DNA of 64,000 bases from Gammaproteobacteria bacterium (GCA_016191235.1 JACPOZ010000025.1:3894-67893); one strand, 5' to 3'. Numbered from the stretch's first letter, positions 50,557 through 60,295 are shown. Notes: a model not told the origin generated them from the letters alone. A program made the numbers and translations.

Positions 50557-51981
50557 TTACTTGTGTGCCACGTCCAGCTTGTCGACGGTGTCGAACTCGA
50601 ACTTGATTTCTTTCCATGTTTCCATGGCGATCTTCAGTTCGGGGCTGTTCTGGGCGGCCTTGGTCAGGATTTCCTTGCCAGCCTTCTCGATCTCAACACC
50701 TTCGTTACGTGCCTTCACGCAGGCTTCCAGTGCTACGCGGTTAGCTGCGGCGCCTGCCGCGTTGCCCCAGGGATGGCCCAAGGTGCCGCCGCCGAACTGC
50801 AGAACGGAATCATCACCAAAGATGCTAACCAGCGCTGGCATGTGCCAGACGTGGATACCACCGGAAGCCACGGCGAACACGCCGGGCATGGAGCCCCAGT
50901 CCTGATCGAAGAAAATGCCGCGCGAACGGTCCTCGGGAATGAAAGACTCACGCAGAATGTCGATCCAGCCCAGGGTCGCTTCACGGTCGCCTTCAAGCTT
51001 GCCAACCACGGTGCCGGTGTGCAGATGGTCACCGCCGGACAAGCGCAGGATCTTGGCCAACACGCGGAAGTGGATACCGTGGTGCGGGTTGCGATCAAGC
51101 ACGGCGTGCATGGCGCGATGGATGTGCAGCAACATGCCGTTGTCACGGCACCAGTTGGCCAGACCCGTGTTGGCGCAGAAACCGCCAGTGATGTAGTCGT
51201 GCATGATGATCGGCGCGCCGATGTCTTTGGCGTGCTCGGCACGCTTGTACATCTCTTCTGGCGTTGGGGCCGTTACGTTAAGGTAGTGGCCTTTACGCTC
51301 GCCGGTCTCACGCTCTGCCTTGATGGTAGCTTCCTGCACGAAGTCAAAACGCTGTCTCCAGCGCATGAACGGCTGGCTGTTGATGTTCTCGTCGTCCTTG
51401 GTGAAATCCAGACCACCGCGCAGACATTCGTATACGGCGCGACCGTAGTTCTTGGCGGACAGACCGAGCTTGGGTTTGATGGTGCAACCCAGCAACGGAC
51501 GGCCATACTTGTTCATGATGTCGCGCTCAACCTGGATACCCATGGGCGGGCCGCCGCAGGTCTTGACGTAGGCGATGGGGAAGCGCACGTCTTCCAAACG
51601 CAACGCGCGCACAGCCTTGAAGCCGAACACGTTACCCACCAGCGAGGTGAACACGTTGACCACGGAGCCTTCTTCGAAGAGGTCGATGGGGTAGGCGATA
51701 AAGGCGTAATAGCAGGTATCGTCGCCAGGCACGTCTTCAATGCGGTAAGCGCGGCCTTTGTAGTAATCCATGTCGGTCAGCAAATCGGTCCACACCGTGG
51801 TCCAGGTGCCGGTAGAAGATTCAGCAGCCACGGCAGCGGCAGCCTCTTCACGATCCACGCCGGGCTGCGGGGTGATCTTGAAGCAGGCCAGAATGTCGGT
51901 GTCCAGCGGGGTGTACTCCGGCATCCAGTACGTTTGACGGTACTCTTTAACGCCGGCGTTGTATTTCTTTGCAACTGCCAT
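50557..51981 (-). CDS. cbbL: RuBisCO large subunit, form I (green-type IA, cbbQ/O-associated)
   Basis: 474 aa. ..[10 protein letters not shown].., [20 protein letters not shown], and catalytic Lys context. Confidence 0.95.
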   Translation of the reverse strand: MAVAKKYNAGVKEYRQTYWMPEYTPLDTDILACFKITPQPGVDREEAAAAVAAESSTGTWTTVWTDLLTDMDYYKGRAYRIEDVPGDDTCYYAFIAYPIDLFEEGSVVNVFTSLVGNVFGFKAVRALRLEDVRFPIAYVKTCGGPPMGIQVERDIMNKYGRPLLGCTIKPKLGLSAKNYGRAVYECLRGGLDFTKDDENINSQPFMRWRQRFDFVQEATIKAERETGERKGHYLNVTAPTPEEMYKRAEHAKDIGAPIIMHDYITGGFCANTGLANWCRDNGMLLHIHRAMHAVLDRNPHHGIHFRVLAKILRLSGGDHLHTGTVVGKLEGDREATLGWIDILRESFIPEDRSRGIFFDQDWGSMPGVFAVASGGIHVWHMPALVSIFGDDSVLQFGGGTLGHPWGNAAGAAANRVALEACVKARNEGVEIEKAGKEILTKAAQNSPELKIAMETWKEIKFEFDTVDKLDVAHK

Positions 51982-52165
51982 AGGTGACTCCTTCTAGGGG
52001 ATGGAAAATACGCTTGTCAATTCACTCAAAACTTCCCCCGCAAACTATCACGGGCGGGGCCACCGTAAGGTATTTCTGGTAAGCCGGGATATCAACACTA
52101 CCTTAGTGGGCATTACTATGCCTACTTTTAATCATAAATAATATTCAGTATTTTTTATTATCAGC

Positions 52166-52180
52166 ATAAGATATTCTTAT
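52166..52180. promoter_or_regulatory. Candidate CbbR (LysR-type T-N11-A) box
   Basis: Perfect palindrome ATAAGATATTCTTAT in the cbbL/cbbR divergent intergenic region. Contains TAAGATATTCTTA (T-N11-A). Confidence 0.45.
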
Positions 52181-52205
52181 CTATTATATGTTGAAACACG
52201 ACATT

Positions 52206-53186
52206 ATGATGAAGAATATCACGCTACGCCAGCTCAGGGTGTTCGAAGCCGTCGCGCGCCATTCCAGTTATACGCGTGCCGCCGGCGATCTGTACTTGAC
52301 GCAACCGGCGATCTCCATGCAAATCAAACAGTTGGAGGGCAATATCGGCTTGCCGCTGTTCGAGCAGATCGGCAAGCGTATTTTTCTGACAGAGGCGGGA
52401 CGCGAGCTTTATCACTATAGCCGCCTTATCACGCAGCAACTGGCCGAGGCCGAGGCGGTGCTGTCGGAACTCAAGGGCGTAACACGCGGCCGGCTCAACA
52501 TCTCGGTGGTCAGCACTGCCAAACACTTTGCCCCTTATCTGCTTTCCATTTTCAGCAAGCGTTTTGACGGGGCGACGGTCAGCCTGAATGTCACCAACCG
52601 CGAGACGCTGCTGCGCCAGCTTGCGTCCAACGAGCGGGACATGATGATCATGGGCGTGCCCCCCAAGCAGGACGATATCATCGCCGAGCCGTTTATGGAA
52701 AACCCGCTGGTGGTGATTGCGCCCTACAATCACCCGCTACGCCAGGAGCGCAACATCCCGCTGGAACGGCTACAACACGAGACCTTCCTGATGCGCGAGC
52801 AGGGTTCCGGCACACGTATCGCCATGGAGCGGTTCTTTGCGGAACACAACATCCACCTGATCGGCGGCATGGAGATGGACAGTAGCGAGGCCATCAAGCA
52901 GGGAGTGCAGGCCGGGCTGGGGCTAGGGATCGTTTCCATTCATACCATCAATCTGGAAATAGAGGTCAAACGCCTTGCCATTCTCGATGTCGCCTCGCTC
53001 CCCATCATCCGCCAGTGGTACCTGGTCCACCCGCGCGACAAACGCCTCTCCCCGGTCGCCCAGGCGTTCAAGGAGTTTATTCTGAACGAGGCCAAGGGGT
53101 TGCTGGAGTCCATGCGTGGCGGGGAAGTTCCGGCGCAAGTGTCGAACAAGAGCAAGCCGGCCAAGGACGCGAAGCAACATCCGTAG
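52206..53186 (+). CDS. cbbR: LysR-family regulator CbbR
   Basis: Divergent from cbbL. N-terminal HTH ITLRQLRVFEAVARHSSYTRAAGDLYLTQPAISMQIKQLE. Confidence 0.85.
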   Translation: MMKNITLRQLRVFEAVARHSSYTRAAGDLYLTQPAISMQIKQLEGNIGLPLFEQIGKRIFLTEAGRELYHYSRLITQQLAEAEAVLSELKGVTRGRLNISVVSTAKHFAPYLLSIFSKRFDGATVSLNVTNRETLLRQLASNERDMMIMGVPPKQDDIIAEPFMENPLVVIAPYNHPLRQERNIPLERLQHETFLMREQGSGTRIAMERFFAEHNIHLIGGMEMDSSEAIKQGVQAGLGLGIVSIHTINLEIEVKRLAILDVASLPIIRQWYLVHPRDKRLSPVAQAFKEFILNEAKGLLESMRGGEVPAQVSNKSKPAKDAKQHP

Positions 53187-53196
53187 CATCAATGCA

Positions 53197-53538
53197 TCAA
53201 GACTGATCCGAAGACTTGTGTCCTTCAGGGTGTATGTCCTTCTTCCTGCGCATTACCTCGGTATCGGAGACCAGCACCAACAGGTGATGGCCACGGCGGA
53301 TGATCTTGGCCAAGTCCTCCATGACCTCGTCAAGCCGCTCCGGGGGCACGACCATCAAAAACAGGATATTGCTGTCGATGTCCATCAACCCATGCTGAAT
53401 ACCGGAGGCCCCAGCGCCACGGGCATCCACCACTGTGTACCCGCTCACCGAATGACGCTTCGATAGCTCGATAAACTGCGTCTCAAGCTCCGCCGTCGCA
53501 ATGATACGGACCAATTTTTCTGCTACTAATTTCACCAT
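53197..53538 (-). CDS. PII-like signalling protein (SbtB-like)
   Basis: About 113 aa from MVKLVAEKLVRIIATAELE... Immediately downstream of the SbtA-like permease. Beta-alpha-beta PII-like pattern with a ..DARGAGASG.. T-loop-like segment. Confidence 0.65.
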   Translation of the reverse strand: MVKLVAEKLVRIIATAELETQFIELSKRHSVSGYTVVDARGAGASGIQHGLMDIDSNILFLMVVPPERLDEVMEDLAKIIRRGHHLLVLVSDTEVMRRKKDIHPEGHKSSDQS

Positions 53539-53563
53539 ACTCACACCTCCGGACACCATACTG

Positions 53564-54556
53564 TTAGCGGGCAAGCCATTGAGCCAATTCATAATACAGT
53601 GGGATCCCGAAAATGACATTAAACGGGAAAGTCACCCCCAGCGACAAGGTCAGATAAAAGGACGGATTGGCCTCGGGGATCGCCAATCTCATGGCGGGCG
53701 GCACCGCGATGTAGGAGGCGCTCGCAGCCAGCACTGCAACGAGAGTGACGCCACCCACACTGAACCCCAGAATGGCGTGCCCCACCAGCAGGCCGATTGC
53801 CGCGCCGATCAACGGCATGATTATCCCAAAACCCACCAGAAACATACCTACCTTGCGGAACTCGCCGATGCGCTTGGCCGCTTCCATGCCCATTTCCAGC
53901 AGAAACAGTGATAGTACGCCCATGAATATTTGGTCATAAAACGGCATGATCTTTTGCAGGCTGGGTGGTGTGGCGACCACCCCCACCACGATTGCACCGA
54001 GAAGGAGGATCACACTACCGTTGGTAAAGGCATCACGGAGAAGCTCTCTCATCACCGAGTGACCACCACCATTACCCTGCACATCATTTGGCTGCGCCTC
54101 CATACCCGTGCGCGAAAACTTGGCCAGCAGCAAACCAATGATAATCGCCGGGGACTCCATGATGGCAAGCATGATGATCGGATAGGTTTCATGGGCGACG
54201 TTCTGCACCTCCAGGAATGCCAGGGCGGTCAGAAACGTACCGGCACTGACCGAGCCGTAATGAGCGGCGATCGCCGATGAATTCAGGGGATCGATGCGTC
54301 CCAGCCAACGCAGGATGGCGTAGGCCAGCAACGGCAGCAAAAAACCCAAGGCAAGTGCGGCCACCACGGCATCGACCGCCGCGCCGAAATCCGCCTTGGC
54401 CAGCTCAATACCCCCATGCAACCCAATACCCAACAACAAGTATATAGATAAGGCCTTGGCCAGATCCGGGGGAAACTTGAGATCGGAGCGTATCACCTGC
54501 GCGAAAAAACCGAGCGCAAAAAATAACACCGCTGGAATGAGAAGATTGGATAGCAT
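53564..54556 (-). CDS. sbtA: SbtA-family (DUF897) sodium-dependent bicarbonate transporter-like permease
   Basis: 330 aa, about 10 TM segments. N-terminus MLSNLLIPAVLFFALGFFAQVIRSDLKFP.. is typical of the family. Confidence 0.75.
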   Translation of the reverse strand: MLSNLLIPAVLFFALGFFAQVIRSDLKFPPDLAKALSIYLLLGIGLHGGIELAKADFGAAVDAVVAALALGFLLPLLAYAILRWLGRIDPLNSSAIAAHYGSVSAGTFLTALAFLEVQNVAHETYPIIMLAIMESPAIIIGLLLAKFSRTGMEAQPNDVQGNGGGHSVMRELLRDAFTNGSVILLLGAIVVGVVATPPSLQKIMPFYDQIFMGVLSLFLLEMGMEAAKRIGEFRKVGMFLVGFGIIMPLIGAAIGLLVGHAILGFSVGGVTLVAVLAASASYIAVPPAMRLAIPEANPSFYLTLSLGVTFPFNVIFGIPLYYELAQWLAR

Positions 54557-54682
54557 CGTACACCTGCCTCGTTTTAATGCGTTAACGAAAACGTCAGACT
54601 AATGATGCACGGAAATATTGATAAATAAAAATAAGATTTAAATTACTTTTTCATAGATTTATATCTATCTCTCTCGGGAGAG

Positions 54683-56971
54683 TCAAGCTGTACCGGCTTG
54701 CGCATGTGTTTTGTCGCACAAATCCGCAAACGAGAATAAGATCGGGATCGTACTGACCTGCTCCAACTCTTTATCCGGCCTGAACGCCAAGCACATAGTG
54801 CCACGCACCTCCATGTAAAATTTCGGATTGTCCATGAAGAACTGAATCAGCTCGTCAGTCAGATAGCCTCGTATGTCCGCGTCATTCTTGGTGTAAACAC
54901 GATAGATCTGGGAAAATTCCCTGCGGTTATCAACGGCGTCATCAACGGCCACTTCCCGATAGCCAACCAGATAGCGTTCAAGGTAGTGCGCTGGTGCCAC
55001 GATGAAATCCGGAATCGCCTTCTCCAGCGGACCTACGATGATCAGCGTGTGGCGATGCTCCGAGTAATAGTCCGGCGCGCGGGTATGGCTATAATCAAAC
55101 AATTTGACTTGGCGGCCTTTGTACAGACCGCTCATGACATTGCGCTTCTGTTTATTGTCACCACGGCGAAAATAGACGAAATCTTGTGCATTCAGGGTGG
55201 TTTCGATGCCCGGCGAAAATACCAGATCGTAGCGCCCGGCGATCTCACTCATCTGCTGTTGACGCTCTGATAGCGTTTCTTCCTGGCGCATAAGCTGGAC
55301 ATCGGGCATGCGCGCGGACAGGGAGTGCTGCGAGAATGGATAATAATTCTCCATTCCCTGGATAGTACACGACCTCCCTTCGCGCAGGCATTCTTCGCGG
55401 AAGTGGTGCAAGTATTCCATCGCGGTGTGGTCAATAATCTTGCCCGACTCGGTGACCACCAGCGCCACGTCGGCATGCCTGGGGAGCAGCGCGAGCACCT
55501 TGTCCAGGTGCAGCAGGTTAAAACATACGACCGACGAGAGCGATACTTCACAGGTTTCCTTGCCTGCTTGTTCAATGGTTTTTACCTTGATCACAGGGCT
55601 TTTAAGCAGCCCGGACAAATGGGCACGTAAAAATTCAAACGAACGCCTAAAGGTAAGATGCCCCCGGAGCACGTACCTGAAGGAAGGCATCAACAGGTAG
55701 AGCAGCAACAGGAACTCCGCCAGCACACCGAGCAATATCCCCATCAGGAGATCGGTCACGAGAATGGCGGTTATCGTGCCCACAAAAATGACAAACTGAT
55801 CTTTACCTATGCCATAGGTTTTGCTGAACACGCCCGGCTGACACAAACGCCATCCCACATAGATAATGATCGCCGCCAAGGTGGCCAGGGGAATACGGTT
55901 AATCAAGCCTGTACCTAGCAGGGTAAACACCAGCAAAAATACTGCGTTGTAGGCATTGGCCCACAAAGTGCGCCCACCGGCGTCGATGTTCGCCCGGCTT
56001 TTTACTCCACCGGGAATAATGGTCAACCCGCCCGCCAGGCTGGACAACATATTGGAAACGCCCATCGCGCGCAGCGTGACATTGGGGTTCGACTTTCTTT
56101 GAAACGGGTCGATTTTGTCCACCGCCGCAATGGTGGCAAGCGACTCGATGCCATCAATAAGGGTTAGCGTAATCACAATAACGATGACGCTCCACCACAG
56201 ATCCTGCCTCTCCCAGACGCCACTGAAATTCGGCAAGGTGACACCATGGAGGATTTGATCCGGCACCTTGATCAATTGATTTGGCTCGAATTGAAACAGA
56301 TAGCCAAGGGCGATACCAACACCCGCCACCAGCACCGGCGCGGGCAGCCGCTTAATCCAACGGTTTTTGCTGCGGTTGAAGAAAAACATCAAAAACAGAC
56401 AAATCCCGCCGAGCAGGAACACCTTCACATCAAGGCGCAGAAAATAACCGGGCAGATTGGCCAGCGCCGCCAGAATGCTTTTGGTCGGCACGGCCTTAAC
56501 ACCGATCAACAAGGGAAGTTGCTTGATGATAATCATCACCCCGATTGCCGCGAGCATCCCTTCCACCACCGTGGCGGGCAGAAAAATGGCATACTTGCCC
56601 GCTTTCAGTGCGCTCAGGATAACTTGCACAAAACCCGTCAGGCATATAGCAACCAGCAACAGCGGGTAACCCGCCGCCAGATCGCCACTGCCCAGCGTGA
56701 GCATACCTGCCAATAATGCAGGTGCCAAACCCGCCGCCGGCCCGCTGATGGTCACGTACGCGCCGCCCAGCAAAGGGAAGATCAAACCTGCAATGATTGC
56801 AGAAATAAGTCCGGCAACGGGCGGGGCACCCGACGCAATCGCAATGGCCAAAGAGAGAGGCAGCGAAACCATGGCCACCTGCAAGCCGGCAAGCATGTCA
56901 TAGCGCCAGTGGCGCAAGCCTTTTATGCCGTTTTGCGGCTGAACTGCCGGCTCGTTCACAACCTCACTCAT
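54683..56971 (-). CDS. SulP-family anion (bicarbonate/sulfate) transporter with STAS domain and about 207-aa unassigned C-terminal extension
   Basis: 762 aa. SulP TM core, STAS region (..VVCFNLLHLDKVLALL..IIDHTAMEYLHHF..), then an extra domain encoded by about 54683-55306. Confidence 0.85.
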   Translation of the reverse strand: MSEVVNEPAVQPQNGIKGLRHWRYDMLAGLQVAMVSLPLSLAIAIASGAPPVAGLISAIIAGLIFPLLGGAYVTISGPAAGLAPALLAGMLTLGSGDLAAGYPLLLVAICLTGFVQVILSALKAGKYAIFLPATVVEGMLAAIGVMIIIKQLPLLIGVKAVPTKSILAALANLPGYFLRLDVKVFLLGGICLFLMFFFNRSKNRWIKRLPAPVLVAGVGIALGYLFQFEPNQLIKVPDQILHGVTLPNFSGVWERQDLWWSVIVIVITLTLIDGIESLATIAAVDKIDPFQRKSNPNVTLRAMGVSNMLSSLAGGLTIIPGGVKSRANIDAGGRTLWANAYNAVFLLVFTLLGTGLINRIPLATLAAIIIYVGWRLCQPGVFSKTYGIGKDQFVIFVGTITAILVTDLLMGILLGVLAEFLLLLYLLMPSFRYVLRGHLTFRRSFEFLRAHLSGLLKSPVIKVKTIEQAGKETCEVSLSSVVCFNLLHLDKVLALLPRHADVALVVTESGKIIDHTAMEYLHHFREECLREGRSCTIQGMENYYPFSQHSLSARMPDVQLMRQEETLSERQQQMSEIAGRYDLVFSPGIETTLNAQDFVYFRRGDNKQKRNVMSGLYKGRQVKLFDYSHTRAPDYYSEHRHTLIIVGPLEKAIPDFIVAPAHYLERYLVGYREVAVDDAVDNRREFSQIYRVYTKNDADIRGYLTDELIQFFMDNPKFYMEVRGTMCLAFRPDKELEQVSTIPILFSFADLCDKTHAQAGTA

Positions 56972-57135
56972 CTCCGTTCACTCTGGGGTATATCATGCAC
57001 AGCACGTGATATTGGTTATATGCTGCCGAGAATACCCTCTAAGAATAGATAAATATAATTAGATTTTTATGATTGTCTTGATAGAATTTTGTCTATCATA
57101 TAGCAATGCAGGTATTTTTTCAGGAACCCAACTTA

Positions 57136-58113
57136 ATGAGACACGCCACATTCCGCCAGCTCAAGGTTTTCGAGACCATCGCGCGCCACCTCAGCTTTAC
57201 GCGTGCGGCGGAAGAGCTCTTTCTGACACAACCGACTGTTTCCATGCAGATCAAGCAGCTCACCGACATAGTGGGTTTGCCCTTGTTCGAGCAGATCGGC
57301 AAGCGCATCCATCTTACCGATGCGGGGCGCGAACTATACACAACCTGCCAGGAAATCTTCGGCAGCCTTGAACGCTTCGAGATGAAGGTAGCGGATCACA
57401 AGGGATTAAAGAAAGGCCGACTGCGCCTTGCCGTCATCACCACGGCAAAATATTTTGCCCCGCGCGTACTCGGCCCATTCTGCCAGCGCTATCCAGGCAT
57501 CGACATTTCACTCAAGGTCACCAACCGTGAGCGCGTCCTGGAGCGTTTGAGCGAAAACATGGATGATCTCTACATCCTGGGCCAACCACCGGAAAATCTC
57601 GGAACAAACTTCCAGCCTTTCATGGAAAACCCGCTGGTGATGGTGGCGCGCGCCGACCACCCTCTGGCAAAAAGGAAAAACATTCCCTTGCAACGCATCG
57701 CCGAGGAGCCGTTTATCATGCGGGAACCCGGCTCGGGCATACGTCAGGCAACGCAACAACTTTTCGAGGAAAACGGCATATCGCTGCGGGTCCGGATGGA
57801 GATGGGCAGCAACGAGGCCATCAAGCAGGGCATCGCGGGCGGGCTTGGGATAGCGGCACTGTCGGTACACACCCTGGCACTGGACTGGATCTCCGGGGAG
57901 TTCGCCATCCTCGACGTGGAGGGATTCCCCATCCTACGCCATTGGTACATTGCTTATCCTGGCGATAAAAAGCTGTCCGTCGTTGCGCAGGCATTCCATG
58001 ATTACCTGCTTAATGAGGGAAGACAGGTCGCCGAGGCACCCTTTAATGATCCCCGAATCGTTTGGCCGGAAAAGATACTAAAGGCAATTAAAGCACCGTT
58101 GCCGACGGCTTGA
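57136..58113 (+). CDS. LysR-family regulator (second CbbR-like paralogue)
   Basis: MRHATFRQLKVFETIARHLSFTRAAEELFLTQPTVSMQIKQL... Divergent from the SulP gene. Closely resembles the cbbR at 52206. Confidence 0.85.
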   Translation: MRHATFRQLKVFETIARHLSFTRAAEELFLTQPTVSMQIKQLTDIVGLPLFEQIGKRIHLTDAGRELYTTCQEIFGSLERFEMKVADHKGLKKGRLRLAVITTAKYFAPRVLGPFCQRYPGIDISLKVTNRERVLERLSENMDDLYILGQPPENLGTNFQPFMENPLVMVARADHPLAKRKNIPLQRIAEEPFIMREPGSGIRQATQQLFEENGISLRVRMEMGSNEAIKQGIAGGLGIAALSVHTLALDWISGEFAILDVEGFPILRHWYIAYPGDKKLSVVAQAFHDYLLNEGRQVAEAPFNDPRIVWPEKILKAIKAPLPTA

Positions 58114-58150
58114 GCCGTTCTGGACCACCGATGGCCCCTGACACGAGTAC

Positions 58151-58280
58151 GATCCACGAAAAAATGAGGGTGATCGTTGGCACTGGAATGCGCCTGGATT
58201 TACCAGTCAAATTCGGTTGCCATCCGAAAGTAACAGTCATATGGATTGTGCTATGAAGCTTTTTCGTGCCTTTCGTGGAC
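58151..58280. mobile_element. About 130-bp element with TCCACGAAA terminal inverted repeats (copy B)
   Basis: GATCCACGAAAAAA at 58151-58164 and TTTCGTGGAC at 58271-58280, plus an internal TTTTCGTG. Same termini and nearly the same length as the 44617-44747 element. Confidence 0.55.
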
Positions 58281-58292
58281 AGTGCGCAACGC

Positions 58293-58484
58293 TCAGTCCG
58301 GCCATACCCGCTCGGGGTGGAGATTTTGTCTCGTATCATCCCGAACCGGGGCAGACGGCTGGTCGCTTTGACGCTTGGCCTGTGGTGCCGCCGCCGGGGT
58401 CGATGCAGGCGCCATGGCCGGTTGTTCCTGTGTTTTTTTTGCCTGGCGGACGCCGGCGGCCAGCTTGGTTTCCAATTTTTTCAT
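58293..58484 (-). CDS. mcdB: McdB-like small disordered protein (carboxysome positioning adaptor candidate)
   Basis: 63 aa. ATG overlaps the mcdA stop (ATGA). Lys-rich N-terminus, P/A/Q-rich low-complexity centre, Trp near the C-terminus (..ERVWPD). Confidence 0.5.
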   Translation of the reverse strand: MKKLETKLAAGVRQAKKTQEQPAMAPASTPAAAPQAKRQSDQPSAPVRDDTRQNLHPERVWPD

Positions 58485-59119
58485 AGCTCCAATATCTCCT
58501 CAATGATGGCGTCAATTTCTGCGGCAGCGGGTTTGCCGCGATTTGCAAGGTCATACACACTCACCCCTTCCAGCGCCGCGTTGCGATAGATGGCGCGGCG
58601 CTGCACGGCGTTTCTCAGCGCCGGGATATCAAATTCAGCAAGCGCCTGCCGCATGGAGCGTGACAACGCATTGCGCACCTCCAGTTGATTGAGGATCAAA
58701 TTCGCCTGCAGGTTACGATTGTCCTGTCTTGCGTTTTCAACCGCCTTGGCCATGCGCACGCTCGCCCATAAATCCATGGGTGACGGCAATACCGGGATCA
58801 GCACCCTGTCCGCTGCCACCATCGCCAGCCGCACGGCATCGCTCTCCAGCGTCGGCGGACAATCCACAACAATATATTGATAATCTTGCCGGAAACGCCC
58901 GACTTCCCGGCTCAAGCTGCCCGCCACTGCGATTACCGTGGCGGGATAGGCGCGCTCATCCGGCGCCAGGCGCGCCCACTGGCTGGCCGATCCCTGCGGA
59001 TCGGCGTCCACCACCAGCGTGCGGCCACGGCGCGCCAGACCGGCCGCCAGATTCATGGTGAGCGTGGTCTTGCCCGTGCCACCCTTTTGATTCGCTATCG
59101 CAAATACCTGTGCGGGCAT
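58481..59119 (-). CDS. mcdA: ParA-family ATPase (McdA-like) within the carboxysome operon
   Basis: Deviant Walker A region AIANQKGGTGKTT. Start at MPAQVFAI.. (ORF-track start 59221). Confidence 0.8.
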   Translation of the reverse strand: MPAQVFAIANQKGGTGKTTLTMNLAAGLARRGRTLVVDADPQGSASQWARLAPDERAYPATVIAVAGSLSREVGRFRQDYQYIVVDCPPTLESDAVRLAMVAADRVLIPVLPSPMDLWASVRMAKAVENARQDNRNLQANLILNQLEVRNALSRSMRQALAEFDIPALRNAVQRRAIYRNAALEGVSVYDLANRGKPAAAEIDAIIEEILEL

Positions 59120-59129
59120 AGGTCTGTCT

Positions 59130-59417
59130 TCACGCAGCGTCTGGGTTTTGGCAGAAGCCGTCGATTTCGTGTGCAAATGCAATATCAGCGGGACTGATGG
59201 CCTTGCCGTCACGCGCATCAATGGTCACATTGACATAAGTGGTGCCAAAACTGCTGCTTGGGTAATAGCCTTCGCGTTCGGACAACGCGGCCAGCCGATC
59301 CAGAAAGCGGCGGGTCTCGGCATAGGAAGAAAAAGCCAGGCGGCGGCTGAGCGAGGCGGGCTTGTCGCGCTGCTCCCATCCCGCTGAAAGGGGGTTTTGG
59401 GCGTGCTCGTCGGGCAT
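59130..59417 (-). CDS. Pterin-4a-carbinolamine dehydratase-like protein (carboxysome-associated, acRAF-like)
   Basis: 95 aa, PCD-fold sequence. Conserved position after the bfr-like gene in alpha-carboxysome operons. Confidence 0.75.
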   Translation of the reverse strand: MPDEHAQNPLSAGWEQRDKPASLSRRLAFSSYAETRRFLDRLAALSEREGYYPSSSFGTTYVNVTIDARDGKAISPADIAFAHEIDGFCQNPDAA

Positions 59418-59421
59418 GGCG

Positions 59422-59859
59422 TTACACCTGTTTCATTAATGATTCTTGCAGTTTATCAATATGCCGGAGATGTGCAATTTCTTCCTCCAGTATACCCGCA
59501 AACAGGTCACGATTTTCAAAATCTCGGGCGCGCTCACAATAATCCGCCGCTTCCTCGTATAAACGCACCGCCTCCAGTTCGATGGCGCGATTGATATCGA
59601 ATATCTCCGGCAGGGTTCTGCCCAGCCTGACGGGGATAAGCTGGGTGGCATTGGCGGTGGCGCCATAAATCAACATGCGCTCCATGAGGCGCTCGGCATG
59701 AGCCAGCTCCTCCTCCACATCGCGGCGGAGTTGTTCGCTGAGTTCAGCCATCCCCCACAATGCGACGAGCCTGGACTGCATCAGGTATTGTTGCACCGCC
59801 GCCATTTCATGGCTTAGCGCACGGTTAAGAAAACCTATCAGGCGCGGATTTGGCATCAT
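59422..59859 (-). CDS. Bacterioferritin-like (ferritin-fold) protein of the carboxysome operon
   Basis: 145 aa. Four-helix-bundle ExxH motifs (EEELAHAE, EEEIAHL). Confidence 0.8.
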   Translation of the reverse strand: MMPNPRLIGFLNRALSHEMAAVQQYLMQSRLVALWGMAELSEQLRRDVEEELAHAERLMERMLIYGATANATQLIPVRLGRTLPEIFDINRAIELEAVRLYEEAADYCERARDFENRDLFAGILEEEIAHLRHIDKLQESLMKQV

Positions 59860-59956
59860 TGAGTCAGCCTCTTTGCCCTGTCGATGTCATGCCGAAAACA
59901 ACCGCCATAAGCGGACGCACTACAGCGTACCTGATTATGACGGCTTTTCCTTACCA

Positions 59957-60295
59957 TCAGCTACGGATTTGAGTGATTTCCGCATCGCGTCCGCCTTCGC
60001 CGTCTGGCGTTTGCGGCAGAATCTTTTCTACTTCGCTGTGTACGCGCGCGATGATGTGCGCGGCCACCAGACCGTCACCGACGCGCTCACAGGCATCCGC
60101 GCCGGCACGCACAGCGGCGTTGACTGCGCCGGTTTCGCCACGCACCAACACGGTGACGTAACCGCCGCCGACGAACTGACGCCCGATCAGGCGCACTTCC
60201 GCTGCCTTGGTCATGGCATCTGCCGCTTCAATGGCGGGTACCAAGCCACGCGTTTCGATCATACCCAATGCAATACCATGAAAAGTATTTGCCAT
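59957..60295 (-). CDS. csoS1: Carboxysome shell hexamer CsoS1 (BMC-H) with C-terminal extension
   Basis: GIALGMIETRGLVPAIEAADAMTKAAEVRLIGR... 112 aa, with a roughly 12-aa longer tail (CsoS1B-like). Confidence 0.92.
   Translation of the reverse strand: MANTFHGIALGMIETRGLVPAIEAADAMTKAAEVRLIGRQFVGGGYVTVLVRGETGAVNAAVRAGADACERVGDGLVAAHIIARVHSEVEKILPQTPDGEGGRDAEITQIRS

Noticed and set aside
47962-51987. Three long plus-strand ORFs (407, 466 and 537 aa) across cbbO/cbbQ/cbbS/cbbL
   Set aside because: They lie opposite unmistakable CbbO, CbbQ, CbbS and CbbL coding sequences. Their translations are low-complexity and typical of GC-rich antisense frames.
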